Positions 10,833-24,851 are shown, counted from the first letter of the whole stretch. The stretch is DNA of 63,998 bases, filler included, from Octopus bimaculoides (GCF_001194135.2; 5 parts of 4 records of this genome joined end to end with filler, not necessarily neighbours in it), one strand, 5' to 3'. Program-made: numbers and translations. Notes: generated by a model from the sequence alone, not told the origin.

Positions 10833-11544
10833 AAAATATTGCCAGAGAGCAGGGAATTTACAGTTCGGAAGGTACCTCAATTTGAAAAAATCACAGATTC
10901 AAAAGGGAAGAAAAGAAAAACAAATGCGTATGTGCAAACACTTGTTCAAAAAGAATACACAGAGACGTATTTACCAGTGTTATATTAAAAGGAAATTTTA
11001 GTTAAAACAATCAAATAGCGTTTAACTTGCCTTTTAACACGTACGTTGTATCTATGTTAGAAATCAGTAACTTAGAATACTGTACGTAAACAAAGTACAA
11101 TTGAACTGATATGCAGGAAAGTTGGAAAGATTCCAACTCTGCAGTGTAAGCAGAGAAGCATAAATGAGGACATGCAAGTTGAATCTAGAGAAAATAATGC
11201 TTATAACAGGTTGCACAGAACAGTCAATGACTGCAAGTGTAGATCATTTCAACTGAATTATACAGAATTATAAGCAGATGCAGATGTTTCGAAAATGAAA
11301 GAGGGAAATTATCAAAAAATATCGCTCTGAATAACAATTAAGCGAATCTCAGAAATGTTGGACTCATGTTTTTAAAGCCCCAGAGAATGTAACCACTTAA
11401 CAATCTTTTAAAAACTTTGAAACGAAAATATAGAAGTTGCCTTGGAGATTAAGTTGTGAATATGTTTATGCACAATCATTATCTCAGTTACACTCCATCT
11501 CATCGTTCTTCTCGCTTTCTTTCAATTTCTCATATATATATATA

Positions 11545-11863
11545 GGCATGTGGCCTAGTGGCTAGGGTATTCGGCTCACGATCGTGAGGTCTTGAGTTCA
11601 GATCCAGGCGATATGTGTCCTTGAGCAAAACACTTTATTTCACGTTGCTCCAGACCCCTCAGCTGGCAAAAATGAATAGTACCTATATTTCAAATGGCCA
11701 GCCTTGTCACATTCTGTGTCACGCTGAATTTCCCAATGAACTACGTTAGGAGTAAGCGTATCTGTGGAGTGCTCAGCCACTTGCACGTTAATTTCATGAG
11801 CAAGCTGTTCTTTTGATCGGATTAAATAGAACCTTCGTCGTCGTAACCGACGAAGTGCCAGTT
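11545..11863 (+). mobile_element. tRNA-derived SINE, family D
   Basis: Head TGGCCTAGTGG (A box)...GAGTTCAGATCC (B box), then GTGTCCTTGAGCAAAACACTTTATTTCACGTTGCTCC, and a 3' module shared with 37711-37950. Confidence 0.8.
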
Positions 11864-13619
11864 ATTTTACTTATATNNNNNNNNNNNNNNNNNNNNNNNN
11901 NNNNNNNNNNNNNNNNNNNNNNNNNNNNNNNNNNNNNNNNNNNNNNNNNNNNNNNNNNNNNNNNNNNNNNNNNNNNNNNNNNNNNNNNNNNNNNNNNNNN
12001 NNNNNNNNNNNNNNNNNNNNNNNNNNNNNNNNNNNNNNNNNNNNNNNNNNNNNNNNNNNNNNNNNNNNNNNNNNNNNNNNNNNNNNNNNNNNNNNNNNNN
12101 NNNNNNNNNNNNNNNNNNNNNNNNNNNNNNNNNNNNNNNNNNNNNNNNNNNNNNNNNNNNNNNNNNNNNNNNNNNNNNNNNNNNNNNNNNNNNNNNNNNN
12201 NNNNNNNNNNNNNNNNNNNNNNNNNNNNNNNNNNNNNNNNNNNNNNNNNNNNNNNNGTGAAAACATTAAAAAGCCGAACGGCCGAACGCGAATCTGATAT
12301 TGACATGACGAAGCTGGACGGAGAAAAACAGTTCGTCTCGCCTTCATAGTGGCTGGAGTGAAAAGAGAGAGTTGACCACAGGTCACATGTGAGCAGAGAG
12401 GATGGTAGAGGGAGGAAGTGGAATATATACATACATACATACATACATACACACATATATGTGAATATATACACACATACACATATATACACACACATAC
12501 ATATATATAAGTATATATACTTACAGAACACGTATAGACGGAGAGACACACACACAAGCACACACAGACTTGTTAGTGGATTCCGTTGAAAAAACTGAAG
12601 GAAGCCCTCATATATTTCCACGTACACATGTGCGCGCATGCGTGTGTGATTCCGAGTGTATTCATTACATGCGTCATTAGTAAGTATCAGAATATAACTC
12701 ATTTGTAAATTAGGCCCAATCAGCAGTCACACATTCACAGTATAGTTTTATTTGGGCGTGCCTATGACATAGGATGCTTGTGCGAGTGTCTCATGTAGCA
12801 AAATCTTCCTGACCGAATTTGATCGTTCTATCAATTTAAGATAGTGTCACATGATCCGAACGTAGTGTACGTATGCTTTCACTTTTGAGTCGTAACTGTG
12901 TATAGATGTACACCGGTACCAACCAATAGTTTTTCAGATTCTTCGCAACTTATTTATCACTTCTATTCAAATTCATGCTTTTACATTTCATTTCAAACTT
13001 CAGATACTCTTCCCGCATGCAACCTTAAAATAATCCCCCAAAATATAACCTCATATATCGAAATAGATATCTATGTATCATAAATAACGTATATATCCCA
13101 TTGACAGGCATCGTGCCTTAGATGTGTTGCAATAAAAATATATATAAATCAGAGTGTGTAGATTTAGATTTTAGTATGTGTCAACTGAGTACGAAGTCAC
13201 TTACAAACCACATGAAGTCGGAAATGCATCTGACGTTCATCTATCTTGTATTAGCACAACCCCTACTATGAAGAGCTCAGACAAAAACAACAGTATAATG
13301 CATGTCAGTGGCGTACATGCGTTAAATATGATACATAGATAGCTTTTTTGATTTATTGTTGTTTCAATTGCGTACATCTATATATGTGTGGGACTGTGTA
13401 GGTGTGTGTGACAAATGTATATGCGCAATAATTTTTATACTAATGGGATATTTACTGAAATATATAATTATATATGTAAGTATACGTACACATACATGTT
13501 AGCGAGAAATGGCCTATAAAAGGTTTCTTTGGATTACTTATTCCTTATACATTGTAGTAATTTCACAATTAATCTACCTAGGAAAATTAGCTATTATCCT
13601 TTTAGGTAAGGAAAGAAAT

Positions 13620-13725
13620 TATTTCGATGACAAACTACGAAGGAAACATTTTATGCACGAGAAATAAATTATTTCAATGACATTCTACGAAGGAAACATT
13701 TTATGCAGAAGAAATAGATTATTTC
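13620..13725. repeat. 50-bp tandem duplication (2 units)
   Basis: TATTTC...CTACGAAGGAAACATTTTATGCA...AAATA.AT repeated with period 50. Confidence 0.85.
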
Positions 13726-13744
13726 TGCCAACGCGTGCCTGTGT

Positions 13745-14010
13745 GTATGTGTGCTTCAAGAATGGTTCCAAGATATATCTTTCGGATGCTCTTGGTTGCA
13801 ATATCTGTCTTGAGATAACCGGTGTTGAGCCCCTGCTTGCAACCCAACAACACCATGCTACGAGTCAGTCCTCTTTATCTAAAGCCTTCAACTAGCTACT
13901 TCTGTGGTGTATGCCAACCAACTCTGCTGAGCCAGTGACTCAATGCCAGTCTAGGCATCTTTTTGCAGCGTGATAGCCTCACAAAACCTTGGCAGCTTAC
14001 TTCAAATGAC
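13745..14010 (+). pseudogene. Heavily decayed RTE-type RT C-terminal fragment
   Basis: Remnants GVEPLLAT and QRDSLTK resemble the RTE ...EPLLxTVKRRKL...RHDSLSKTILQG region. Weak similarity. Confidence 0.35.
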
Positions 14011-15098
14011 TCGTTGTGTCATTTGACTTCTAGACTCTTTTTCCAGCTATTGTTATGTTATAAGGTTTCTCATGAGTTTCCTATGTGTATTCTCAGTGCA
14101 GAGTAAGTCCCCACATTATGCCATGCTTCCTTGTGACTGTGTTGAAGTGGAATATCATCGGTATGAATTGTTCTAAGAATGTTGTTTAGCAATTTCCATA
14201 CTCAACTGGAAGCTAAAGTCTGTGGAAAGTAGTTACGATTTTTCATGCTCCAGTGAATAGTAGTTTTCTCCAGTTTTGTGAAAAGTTATGGCTCCCTTTT
14301 TCATGTAGTGTTCACTAAATGGAATAGCTTCTGACCACGACTGATACTGCCTTAAGCACCTGTTAATGTCACAAGTGGTAACAGCGATAATCTAAGAGTC
14401 TGGGACAGTTGCTATGTTGGTAAAGAGATCCTCTTTCTGAATACGATGTACAAGACGGCACTTCGGCTAGGTTCCATGTGTGAAGGTTTACTGGAATTGT
14501 TAAGATGTCAGAAGCAGGAATTTGAAGCGTTAGATGCCAGAATTTGAAGCGTTGGATTAACTCAACTTGCCCAGATTTCTTTTTGGCTCACTCCTACTAC
14601 CTTCCAATCTCGTACTTACTCTATACCTGCATGAACGTTTTGGATATGTTACTCCTCTCTTTTGTTGTTTATCAATCTGGGAAGTAGGTAAGCAGTACAA
14701 TCCTTAGCGCCAATAGCCTTCTGCTTCAACAATCTCTCTCTCCACCCGTAATTCTCTATCAGCACTCAACTTTCAACCTGTGCGGACTTCAATAATAGCT
14801 GTTGCTATCTCTGCAGTTTCTGTATGGCTTCTCTTGTTCGTGTCACTAAACAATTCGGAGAGGACAATAAAGGTGTTTGTAAGGATCCATAGAGTAAGGT
14901 GTGTAAATGTGTATGTATATGTTCATATATGTGTATGTGTGTTTTTGTGTGTTTTTGCATGTGTGTGTGTGCGTGCGTGTGTGTGCGTGCGTTGTGTGTG
15001 CGTGTGTGTGTACATACGAATACACATATACTCATACATTCTCGTGTACATAACTTAATATGCCTCTACAGAACATGGCATTACCATTTATTAACAAC

Positions 15099-15176
<78 letters not shown>

Positions 15177-16008
15177 TACCTAACAAATATACATTCAGAA
15201 GAATGCATTCAAACTTGTATATATTCATTCATACACTGCAGTTTATACGTTGTAATGGTCATAGAGTAGAAATATGATTTCATAAAGTAAACAAATTAAA
15301 TTACATAGTTCATTCCTTACGTACGTTCAGTAATACTTATTACACAGTGAGTTGTATAAAGTCACCCAATATCACGTTTTTAGAAGAGAATTATTTAATG
15401 ATGTGATAAGCTATACAACATTTACACTAACAAGAAATCGAAGAACTGTAAGCTGGTCAAAGACTAATGTTAAAGTTTATTTTCAGCCATCTAATACCAC
15501 AGATATCTAATATATCACAGATTGACAGAGAGGAAGTATTTTCATGGTGTTGTGAAAAGAATTTGAATTCAGTTGAGGAGTTCATGTACTAGTTAAGGTA
15601 AAGAGGTATAAAACTTCAAAGATAAATGGAATAATTAGCATCAAATGTTAACATTAATCCAAGGAATATATAGACACACGTGCTAGACCTTTCATATAAA
15701 TATATGTCGACAGTATATATGTACTCACATATACATACACATATATATTGACACAAACAGACACAAATGAACACAGAAACACCTACTTATAAATATAGTG
15801 ATACGTGTATTTATACTGAAACATATATAGAGATATTTATAGGGATGAGTATGTATATCAAGTTATATTGCAGATATATGTTTTTGACAATTATATATCG
15901 ATATATTCCTTAGCAATACACTGTTCGTTTGATGGTAATTATCTTCAATTTTGAAATCCAATTTAATTAATGTTTTGTTTTTCTTGTTATTTAATTATTG
16001 TATCATTT

Positions 16009-16202
16009 AAGACAGCGAGCTAGCAGCATCTTTACCGTACCCGACAAACATGTTAGCGCACTTCTTCTGACTGTTCATGCTCTGACCTCAAATCCTGTCG
16101 AAGCTGATTTTGCCATTCATCCTTTTCAGGTCGATTAAATAAAGGACCAGTTAAGTAATGGAATCGACTTCAGCCTCGTCAGTATTGCCAAAGTTTGAAA
16201 CC
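16009..16202 (+). mobile_element. SINE family A (old, diverged)
   Basis: Recognisable head GCGAGCTAGCAG and body TTTTGCCATTCATCCTTTTCAGGTCGAT. Confidence 0.7.
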
Positions 16203-16546
16203 ATCTAATCGTTGTATCATCTATAATCATACATACAAAAGCTCATTCCCATATGTATACCCACACACGTCTGCCTGGACACATAATGCATACTGCTGAA
16301 AAATCTCAATAGAAACAGAAATACGAGGTAAGCACAAAGAGGTTTGCATGTTACAGGGAACTGCTGTCCAGCAAATGTGCATAGATCGTCAAGAGAGGGG
16401 AAAAGGGGGAACATCTAGGACGATGAAGAAATACTGAGAGCTCATATTCATACTATAGATATTCATTTTTACGTATTAACGCTGGTACAACCAGATATGT
16501 AAGACAGATTTCTTTCAAAACCAAGAAATGCTGTGGTTTACAAAGA

Positions 16547-16617
16547 AGAGAGACAGAGAGAGAGACAGAGAGAGCGAAAGGCAGACAGACAGACAGACAC
16601 AGAGAGAAAGAGAAAGA

Positions 16618-16670
<53 letters not shown>
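16547..16670. repeat. (GA)n-rich microsatellite
   Basis: Direct reading. Confidence 0.95.
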
Positions 16671-16671
<1 letters not shown>

Positions 16672-17026
16672 AGACCGATTCGCATTCTCCAAATACAATC
16701 TATGACATTGCGGAAACTTAATATTCGTTCCAAGGAGGCTTCAGTTGATTAACTTCTAATGCACACAGTCTCGTGTGTATGTAGAGTCTGTGGACGTACA
16801 TATATAGAAACACACACAAACAGCGATGGAGTACATGTATTTGCATAGCGAAGAAATATGCAAGTTCAACCAATCTCACACACATACACACACTAATTCT
16901 CATATCCAGAAATCAAGAGTTGTCTTGGTACAAACATAAACAAGAGCCTTTTCACTTTGTTAACGATCTGCTCGAATCTTGCAAAGAAAAAATCTTAGAA
17001 CCTGAATATTTACTCACACACACACA

Positions 17027-17086
<60 letters not shown>

Positions 17087-17860
17087 NNNNNNNNNNNNNN
17101 NNNNNNNNNNNNNNNNNNNNNNNNNNNNNNNNNNNNNNNNNNNNNNNNNNNNNNNNNNNNNNNNNNNNNNNNNNNNNNNNNNNNNNNNNNNNNNNNNNNN
17201 NNNNNNNNNNNNNNNNNNNNNNNNNNNNNNNNNNNNNNNNNNNNNNNNNNNNNNNNNNNNNNNNNNNNNNNNNNNNNNNNNNNNNNNNNNNNNNNNNNNN
17301 NNNNNNNNNNNNNNNNNNNNNNNNNNNNNNNNNNNNNNNNNNNNNNNNNNNNNNNNNNNNNNNNNNNNNNNNNNNNNNNNNNNNNNNNNNNNNNNNNNNN
17401 NNNNNNNNNNNNNNNNNNNNNNNNNNNNNNNNNNNNNNNNNNNNNNNNNNNNNNNNNNNNNNNNNNNNNNNNNNNNNNNNNNNNNNNNNNNNNNNNNNNN
17501 NNNNNNNNNNNNNNNNNNNNNNNNNNNNNNNNNNNNNNNNNNNNNNNNNNNNNNNNNNNNNNNNNNNNNNNNNNNNNNNNNNNNNNNNNNNNNNNNNNNN
17601 NNNNNNNNNNNNNNNNNNNNNNNNNNNNNNNNNNNNNNNNNNNNNNNNNNNNNNNNNNNNNNNNNNNNNNNNNNNNNNNNNNNNNNNNNNNNNNNNNNNN
17701 NNNNNNNNTATGCATATACAAGACATACATATCAATGTATATTATGAATATGTACCCGTAAGATTTAGGAAAATTATGTATGCATACATACAATAAAGTA
17801 TACATATTCGTCTGTACACAAGCACACAATTAAATATCAATGCGTGTACACACGTGAGTC

Positions 17861-17917
<57 letters not shown>

Positions 17918-19479
17918 ATAAATGTATGCATGTACAAACAAAAACGTATGTAATGTGTATGTACACGCAATACTATATGTATTACGTATCTGTGTACAAA
18001 CATATGTATATATAAAGCATGCGTACAAACACTTGCGTATATACTGTGTATTACGTGTGAGTACAAACCACAATATATAATGTATGTATGCAAACGGTAA
18101 TGTGTGTGAGTGTATCTGCGCGCGCGCAGGTGTGTATATGGTGCTCATTTTAGTCAGTGACCTACATTTTCATGGCGCCCTGAAAATCTGATGCAGTCAC
18201 AATGTCGGCGTCATGTTATAAGGTGTGTCTTTGACAACCAGCCATGGCGGAGCTCATCATTCTCCAAATCTGCTTAACCAATTCCTTCCTGATAAACGGG
18301 AATTGCATAGAAGAACAATTGGCTCCTTTACTAGCTTGACATTTTATTCATCAATCCCCTGATATATGCTTGGCAGAAGGAGCAGATCTAAGTCATGAAT
18401 CGCAATGGAGTTGCTACATAAGACAGGTATGAACAGTGTTGCACAGATATATTTGAAAATACTGGTGGGCGTCTTCATGATTTCCCCGGCCAAAGCTATA
18501 TTGGAAAACTTTTATCTAAGCTATAGTGCAACGCGATCGAACCCAGAACAACGAGAAATGTTTATCCGTAAAGCAATGCCTCTTCTTGTGTGTATGTGTA
18601 TATGTGTGGGGTGGGTGGAGATACATAAGTGAGTATTTGTTATTGCAAAGCCATCTATGTTTGACACATAAAAATGCGTTTCCAAATGTGTGTATATGAA
18701 ATGTTTGTATGCATGCATATTCGCATTTATGATTTATTTCTCTCTTACATACGCATGGTTAAAGATGTAGAATATATTATTATTTGATTAATCCCGGAAA
18801 GATTGAAAAACACAACTGATGTCTGCTGGATTTGAACTCACAGAAAAAGAGCTGGAAGAAACACCTAGAATCTCTATCGATTCTTGGTATTTCACCAACG
18901 GCAGCATTTTTTCTTTTTCTGAAATCCGTGGGTTGCAGATGTGTATCTTGTGATCTTGTTGTGTGTGTATTGTCAGTGTTGTTACGTATATTGTGATCGT
19001 GCCGTGCGCATGTATATTGTTAATGTGCGCTATGTTCGTATATGTGTGCACTGCACGTAGTTCATATACGTACTCATACTCGCATAGACGTCGACACGTG
19101 CGTATGATAAAAAAAATACGTTCACTACGTAGGTAATTCTATGCACACGCATCCTTATACTCATTCACGTGGTTATTCAATGCATACGTCTACATATGCA
19201 CGCATCAAATACACAGAGAGAGAGTGAGAGAGAGAGAGATTGAAAAACTCAGTTGATAAAGATGATAAAGATGATAAAAATGTAGCATAGTATGTAAAGA
19301 TACAATTACTGCTAACACAAATGCGTATAAATAAAAACATATATATATGTTGACTATATACACATACACAAACAGAGTGAAGAGGAAAGGGAGAGGCGGG
19401 TAATATGTATATATACAGAAGTTTAAATTAATAGAAAAATAAATCAATGCTTATGTACTGAAAGTATCACATTATTTTG

Positions 19480-19634
19480 CATATATATATATATATATAC
19501 ATATACATGCATATGTATACTTCTATATATATATATATATGTATATTTATATATATGTGTGTACTTATATATACATATAGATACTAATGTATATATATAT
19601 ACATATATATACATATATATATACATATATATAC

Positions 19635-19665
<31 letters not shown>

Positions 19666-19672
19666 CATATAT

Positions 19673-19763
<91 letters not shown>

Positions 19764-19920
19764 CTTATATATATATACATATCTATATACTTATATATCT
19801 ACATATATATATATACTTATATATATACATGTATATATATATACATATATTTTCTAACTTGCATACAGGAGTATATGTACGCTTACACACATACACACAC
19901 ACACACGCACACACACACAC

Positions 19921-19960
<40 letters not shown>
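19480..19960. repeat. Long (TA)n/(TACA)n/(CA)n simple-repeat tract
   Basis: Direct reading; source of the spurious IYIY ORFs. Confidence 0.95.
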
Positions 19961-19961
<1 letters not shown>

Positions 19962-20584
19962 GATATTCATAAAAAATGTACTTATACGTTTCTTCCATTC
20001 ACGTGTACATATTCAAACATTGTGTTTGCGTGTGTGTTGTGGAGAATATATGTGCGTGTGTATGTGAGTGAGTGTGTATGTGAGTGAGTGTGTATGCATG
20101 CATGACTGTATGTATGTAAGTATGTATCTGGCTGTACAACACGTGTGCACATCTATGCAATATATATATTACTATATAATATTAAACAAACACTATATAC
20201 AACCGACTGGGTTCTGCACAGTTTCCAGCATTCAAATTCCAGACACAATAGATAATAATAGTCCTTGAAGGTTTAACTGTGTTTTGAACCTGGGACAACG
20301 TGATTGAAAAACAAAAGCTTGCATACCACGCAACTATTCTAGTATATACACACGAACGTGCGTGCGTACGTGCGTGCGTGCATTTGTGCATGCGTGGGTG
20401 TGTGTGTATAAATATGTGTGTGTATGCGCATATTTTCCATTCGGCCGCTTTCAACCAACTACTGGATAAAACCACAGCACACCGTATGTGTTTGATGGAG
20501 GTTGATTGTTGGCAGAATTGGGTACGTCTAAGGCCGAGCGATAAGTCCTACCTAATAATTTATTTAACAATATCTTAAGTTTGA

Positions 20585-20895
20585 AAGGCGGCGAGTTGGC
20601 AGAAACGTTAGCACGCCGGGCGAAGTGCTTAGCAGTATTTCGTCTGCCGTTACGTCAGAGTTCAAATTCCGCCGAGGTCGACTTTGCCTGTCATCCTTTC
20701 GGGGTCGATAAATTAAATACCAGTTACGCACTGGGGTCAATGTAATCGACTTAATCCCTTTATCTGTCCTTGTTTGTCTCCTTTATATTTAGCCCCTTGT
20801 GGGCAGTAAAGAAATAAAAAACGTTAGAACGCTGGGCGAAATGCTTAGCGGTGTTTCGTCTGTCTTTACGTTCTGAGTTCAAATTCCGCCGCGCT
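20585..20895 (+). mobile_element. Full SINE family A (tail type 1, 20585-20816) followed by a second head cut by the gap
   Basis: AAGGCGGCGAG...GAGTTCAAATTCCGCC...TGTCCTTGTTTGTC...GGGCAGTAAAGAAATA, then a repeated head up to 20895. Confidence 0.92.
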
Positions 20896-20995
20896 NNNNN
20901 NNNNNNNNNNNNNNNNNNNNNNNNNNNNNNNNNNNNNNNTTAATTAATTAANNNNNNNNNNNNNNNNNNNNNNNNNNNNNNNNNNNNNNNNNNNN
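20896..20995. other. Artificial scaffold spacer
   Basis: 44 N + TTAATTAATTAA (stops in all six frames) + 44 N = 100 bp. Four identical instances in the window. Confidence 0.95.
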
Positions 20996-22483
20996 GAACC
21001 TCACAAAATCACCAGCCAGACTACAAAGGCTACTGTTGAGGCTCCAAAAATATGACTACAAGCCAGGAAAGGACCTGATATTAGCAGATGCTCTTTCCAG
21101 ACTGTCCTCACATGATAATCAGGAGATGGAAGGACTAAGTGTAAAGGTCCACCACATTGTAAATGTGACAAACACAAAGCTGGAACAAATAAAAGAAGAG
21201 ACCAGCAAAGATGAAGAACTCCAGCTCCTTACTCAGATGGTGATTCAGGGGTGGCCAGAGAAGAGACATCAGGTGCAGCCCCTCATTCGTGAATATTGGG
21301 CCATCCATGATGACATAGTAGTGGAGAATGGAATCCTGGTGGCTGGATCCCGAATAATCATACCCAGATCAATGAAAAAAGAATTTCTTGAAAAGATCCA
21401 CCAAGGGCATCTGGGAATGGAAAAATGCAAACTCCGAGCTAAGTCAGCTGTATATTGGGCAGGCATGTATAAAGACATAGAGAAGATGGTTTCTGCATGT
21501 CACATCTGTCAAAAGCACAGAAACACACAGCAAAAGGAGGAGATGATGTCCAGTGACATTCCAAGAAGGCCATGGCAAACTATTGGAGTAGATCTGTTCA
21601 CAGAGAACCAAGAATGGTACTTGATAATGGTCTGCTACTACTCCAAATTCCCATTTGTGAGGAAAGTGAAAGACCTGAGAGCCAGAACAATAACTACAGT
21701 GGCTCAAGGACTTGTGGCAGAGGAAGGAATACCAGAGCAGATCATATGTGACAATGGAACCCAATTCACATCCCAGGAGTTCAAAAAGCTAGCTGATGAG
21801 TATGGGTTCAACATTGTAACCTCATCTCCACACTACCCCAAGGGTCATGGATTCATTGAAAGACAGGTGCAAACAGTCAAAAGAACACTAGTCAAATGCC
21901 GAGAATCCAAAGAAGACCCACACCTGGCTCTTTTGTCCCTACGAGCAACACCACTGAGCGCTGACATGAAATCCCCAGCAGAAATGCTGAATGGCAGGAA
22001 ATATAAAACCACCCTGCCAACTAAGATTCAACCTCCTATTGACCAGGAAGAGACAAGGGCAAAGATAGCAGCCACTCAGGAACAAGCGCAGAAATATTAC
22101 AACAGACATGCACAATATTTACCCGAGATACTTGGAGGACAACATGTGCATACTCAAGATCCCATAACTAAAACATGGATCCCAGCACAGGTTGTCAGTA
22201 GAGCTGAAACTCCAAGATCGTACATTATAGAAACTGAATCTGGTAGGCAGCTGAGACGTAACAGGGCCCACATCCGCCCAACACCAAAGCTATCGAGGAT
22301 AGCACGCGCAACACCTGCAGCATCAGTGACAACATTAACAAGAACCACAACATGCACAGCAGATGACGGCACACACAGAATCCGTGTTTCCACAGGATCA
22401 TCACCCCAACGGGTACCAACCACCCATCAGCAGCCCAACAACACACCTCAGACACCAGTGCAGAGCACAAGATCCACCAGATG
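20996..22483 (+). CDS. Ty3/Gypsy pol fragment (RNase H end + integrase), open frame
   Basis: RLQRLLLRL...KPGK...ADALSRL; HHCC zinc-binding region (HQGH...CHIC); DDE core (VDLF, CDNGTQF, FIERQVQTVK). Bounded by gaps on both sides. Confidence 0.93.
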
Positions 22484-22696
22484 NNNNNNNNNNNNNNNNN
22501 NNNNNNNNNNNNNNNNNNNNNNNNNNNNNNNNNNNNNNNNNNNNNNNNNNNNNNNNNNNNNNNNNNNNNNNNNNNNNNNNNNNNNNNNNNNNNNNNNNNN
22601 NNNNNNNNNNNNNNNNNNNNNNNNNNNNNNNNNNNNNNNNNNNNNNNNNNNNNNNNNNNNNNNNNNNNNNNNNNNNNNNNNNNNNNNNNNNNNNNN

Positions 22697-22918
22697 ATAG
22701 GTATACGTATATATGAATACATCTTCACTAGTAGTACTATTTTGTTAAGCGCATCTACTAAGCAGTATGAACTGTGTTTAAGGCAGATACGCACAGCGTG
22801 TATCACTCCGCTATAGACACTGTTTGTAAACATGTCAAATAAAGTAAACATGTAGAAACATAACAATGCCTTCAGTGAGTTGTTTATTATCCCACAAAGA
22901 ACAAAAGAATACATAACA
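22697..22918 (+). mobile_element. Probable 3' part of the LTR of the 21-22.5 kb Gypsy element
   Basis: Follows the integrase after a gap, contains AATAAA, ends in CATAACA exactly where the RTE endonuclease frame is interrupted. Confidence 0.5.
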
Positions 22919-23310
22919 CAGACCATAAGGTCATTTGCATCACAGAACTCCAGCAGCCTGGTTCCCTCAATGTGGGAACCAAAACCATAGCCTCCATGTA
23001 TGCCATAGAAGCCCCCTGAAGGTTGTCCAACATGACCATTGAAGTCACCAGCCACAAAGAGAAGGTCCCTGTCATTTGTCGACGAGGTAGTCTGCAGGAG
23101 GGTGTCATAAAATCGGTCTTTCTGTCCGTCGGGTAGCCCGGGCTGAGGGGCATAGGCTGAGATAATGGTTGCTAACCCATGATGAAGGACTAATCTAATC
23201 TTAAGTATTCTATCACATACTCTAACTACTTCGATTACCTTATCCACCCATTTCTCTGCAAGAAGTATACCCACGCCCCCGACCCAGTCTGTGTTCCCAG
23301 ACATTTTTAT
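22919..23310 (-). pseudogene. RTE-clade LINE apurinic endonuclease fragment
   Basis: GGVGILLAEKW...DRILKIRL...ISAYAPQ...AGDFNGHVG...LLEFCDANDLMVC. Confidence 0.9.
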
Positions 23311-23459
23311 TTTAAGTATGATGTAATTTTTCATAGATAAATTCCTTCATTGTAAATACGATGGGGTGTTTATAGAGCCAGTTGTCTACACTTTGCTGTC
23401 AACTTGACAATGTGCATGTGAAATGATGCATCACTACACATGCTGATGCCCATGTCTCT

Positions 23460-23914
23460 CACTGTTTGTGGTTCTGGGATTGCAGTACCTCCAGATCCTG
23501 TGTATGCCAGTTGGAGGAGGGGGCACTTGTGGCCTTGTAGCGCAGTACTTGAAATTTTTTAGCATTGAACCACTTATTATTTTGCTCTGCCCACTTGTAT
23601 ATTGCATTTAGGTCATTCTGAAGGCTTATGACATCATCAGGATTCTTTATTGCCTGAGATAGTTTTGTGTCATCAGCATAGCTAGTGACAATGGCTGTCC
23701 AAGTGACCGTGGGCATGTCCAGAATGGCTACTATGAACAGTAGTGGCCCCAGAACAGTTCCTTGTGGAACACCGCTCAATGTTTGCGTTTCCCTAGATAA
23801 TTCTCCATTGGCTGCAACTGTCTGACTTCAACCATTCAGGAAGTCATGCAGCCACTCTCCTAATTTACCCGCTATGCCAAGGTTTCGCAGCTTGTGACAT
23901 CTCATGTCATGATC
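23460..23914 (-). pseudogene. CR1/L2-type LINE reverse transcriptase fragment
   Basis: DH...HKLRNLGI.G.LGEWLHDFL...SGVPQGTVLGPLLF...YADDTKL...LQNDL.AIYKWA. Confidence 0.9.
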
Positions 23915-24186
23915 CTCTTAAAACTGTGAGACGTTGTTTATAAATTTCGATATCTTAGCTATGCTAGTTTGAACTTGTTGACGTTACACTCAAGAATTTC
24001 ATAAATTTCCATATCTTAGCTATGCTAGTTCCTTCCAAATATCTTGAGTTCTATACATAAATTCTCACACACGCTGAAATTTTGATGAGCTTACCTGGCT
24101 CCTTCGTCTCCCGTCCCTATTATCTCTCTCTAACCCTCTTCTTCCAATGGGTTCTCAACTTGTCTGCCTACTCCCTCTTCATCTCC

Positions 24187-24835
24187 TAACTAGTCCTTTT
24201 TCCGAGCTGAGATTCAAAACCGAATCTAAGGATTCTCTCTCGTCTGATCCGCCACTGGCCAACCAGGCGCGAAAGAAATTTCTTTGTCAAAAAGTGATGG
24301 ATGGATTTCCCTTCGACCTACGACCTGAGCCATGTTCAAGTGGACAGGACGCGACCTACAAAGGTAGAAATTACTCCTGTGGTATGTCTGTCCTTCTAGC
24401 AGTAATGACCATTATAATTACAGTTAGACATACGACCAGGCGAATGGTCGAGAGACAAGCAGACAGCCAGCAGTTAACTTGCGCCAGTCAAGCAGCCAAC
24501 ATAGAACCACATATTCTGCATGAACGATCCAACACAGTGGCAGAACATAAACAAATACGACCGAATGACCAACGGACACAAAATATACCCGGTTCTACTT
24601 CATCACATAGATACAGTATTTCCCCTGTTTATTTTCTACTTCGCCAACTCGAAGCAAGTTGGTAATGTCCATGTAGCAGGTTTTCTGGTGTATACAACAC
24701 GTAAATGCAAGTGTCAATTAAATAAATTGTTTAAACCACAATCTGATCCTTTCCTATTGTTTTACTTTGATGTCATCCACATGCCTATTTCATCTGCTAC
24801 CTCAGCAACATCTTCTGCATCAGCATCCCGCTACA
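24187..24835 (+). repeat. 5' LTR
   Basis: Homologous to 28947-29553, contains ATTAAATAAA near 24717, ends in CA immediately before the PBS. No TG start matching the 3' LTR. Confidence 0.8.
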
Positions 24836-24837
24836 TT

Positions 24838-24851
24838 TGGTGACCCCGACG
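24838..24851 (+). promoter_or_regulatory. Primer-binding site complementary to tRNA-Trp 3' end
   Basis: TGGTGACCCCGACG is the complement of ...CGTCGGGGTCA-CCA, the 3' end of metazoan tRNA-Trp(CCA). Lies 2 nt after the LTR CA. Confidence 0.8.

Noticed and set aside
19444-20087. Long low-complexity ORFs (IYIY, CVCV, THTH, ERER, poly-V/L/N) throughout the ORF track
   Set aside because: Translations of microsatellites and N gaps.
20940-20951. Palindromic TTAATTAATTAA islands inside N runs (also 30698, 44454, 59845)
   Set aside because: Identical 44N-12-44N layout with six-frame stops marks an artificial scaffolding spacer. Adjacency and distance across these joins are unverified.
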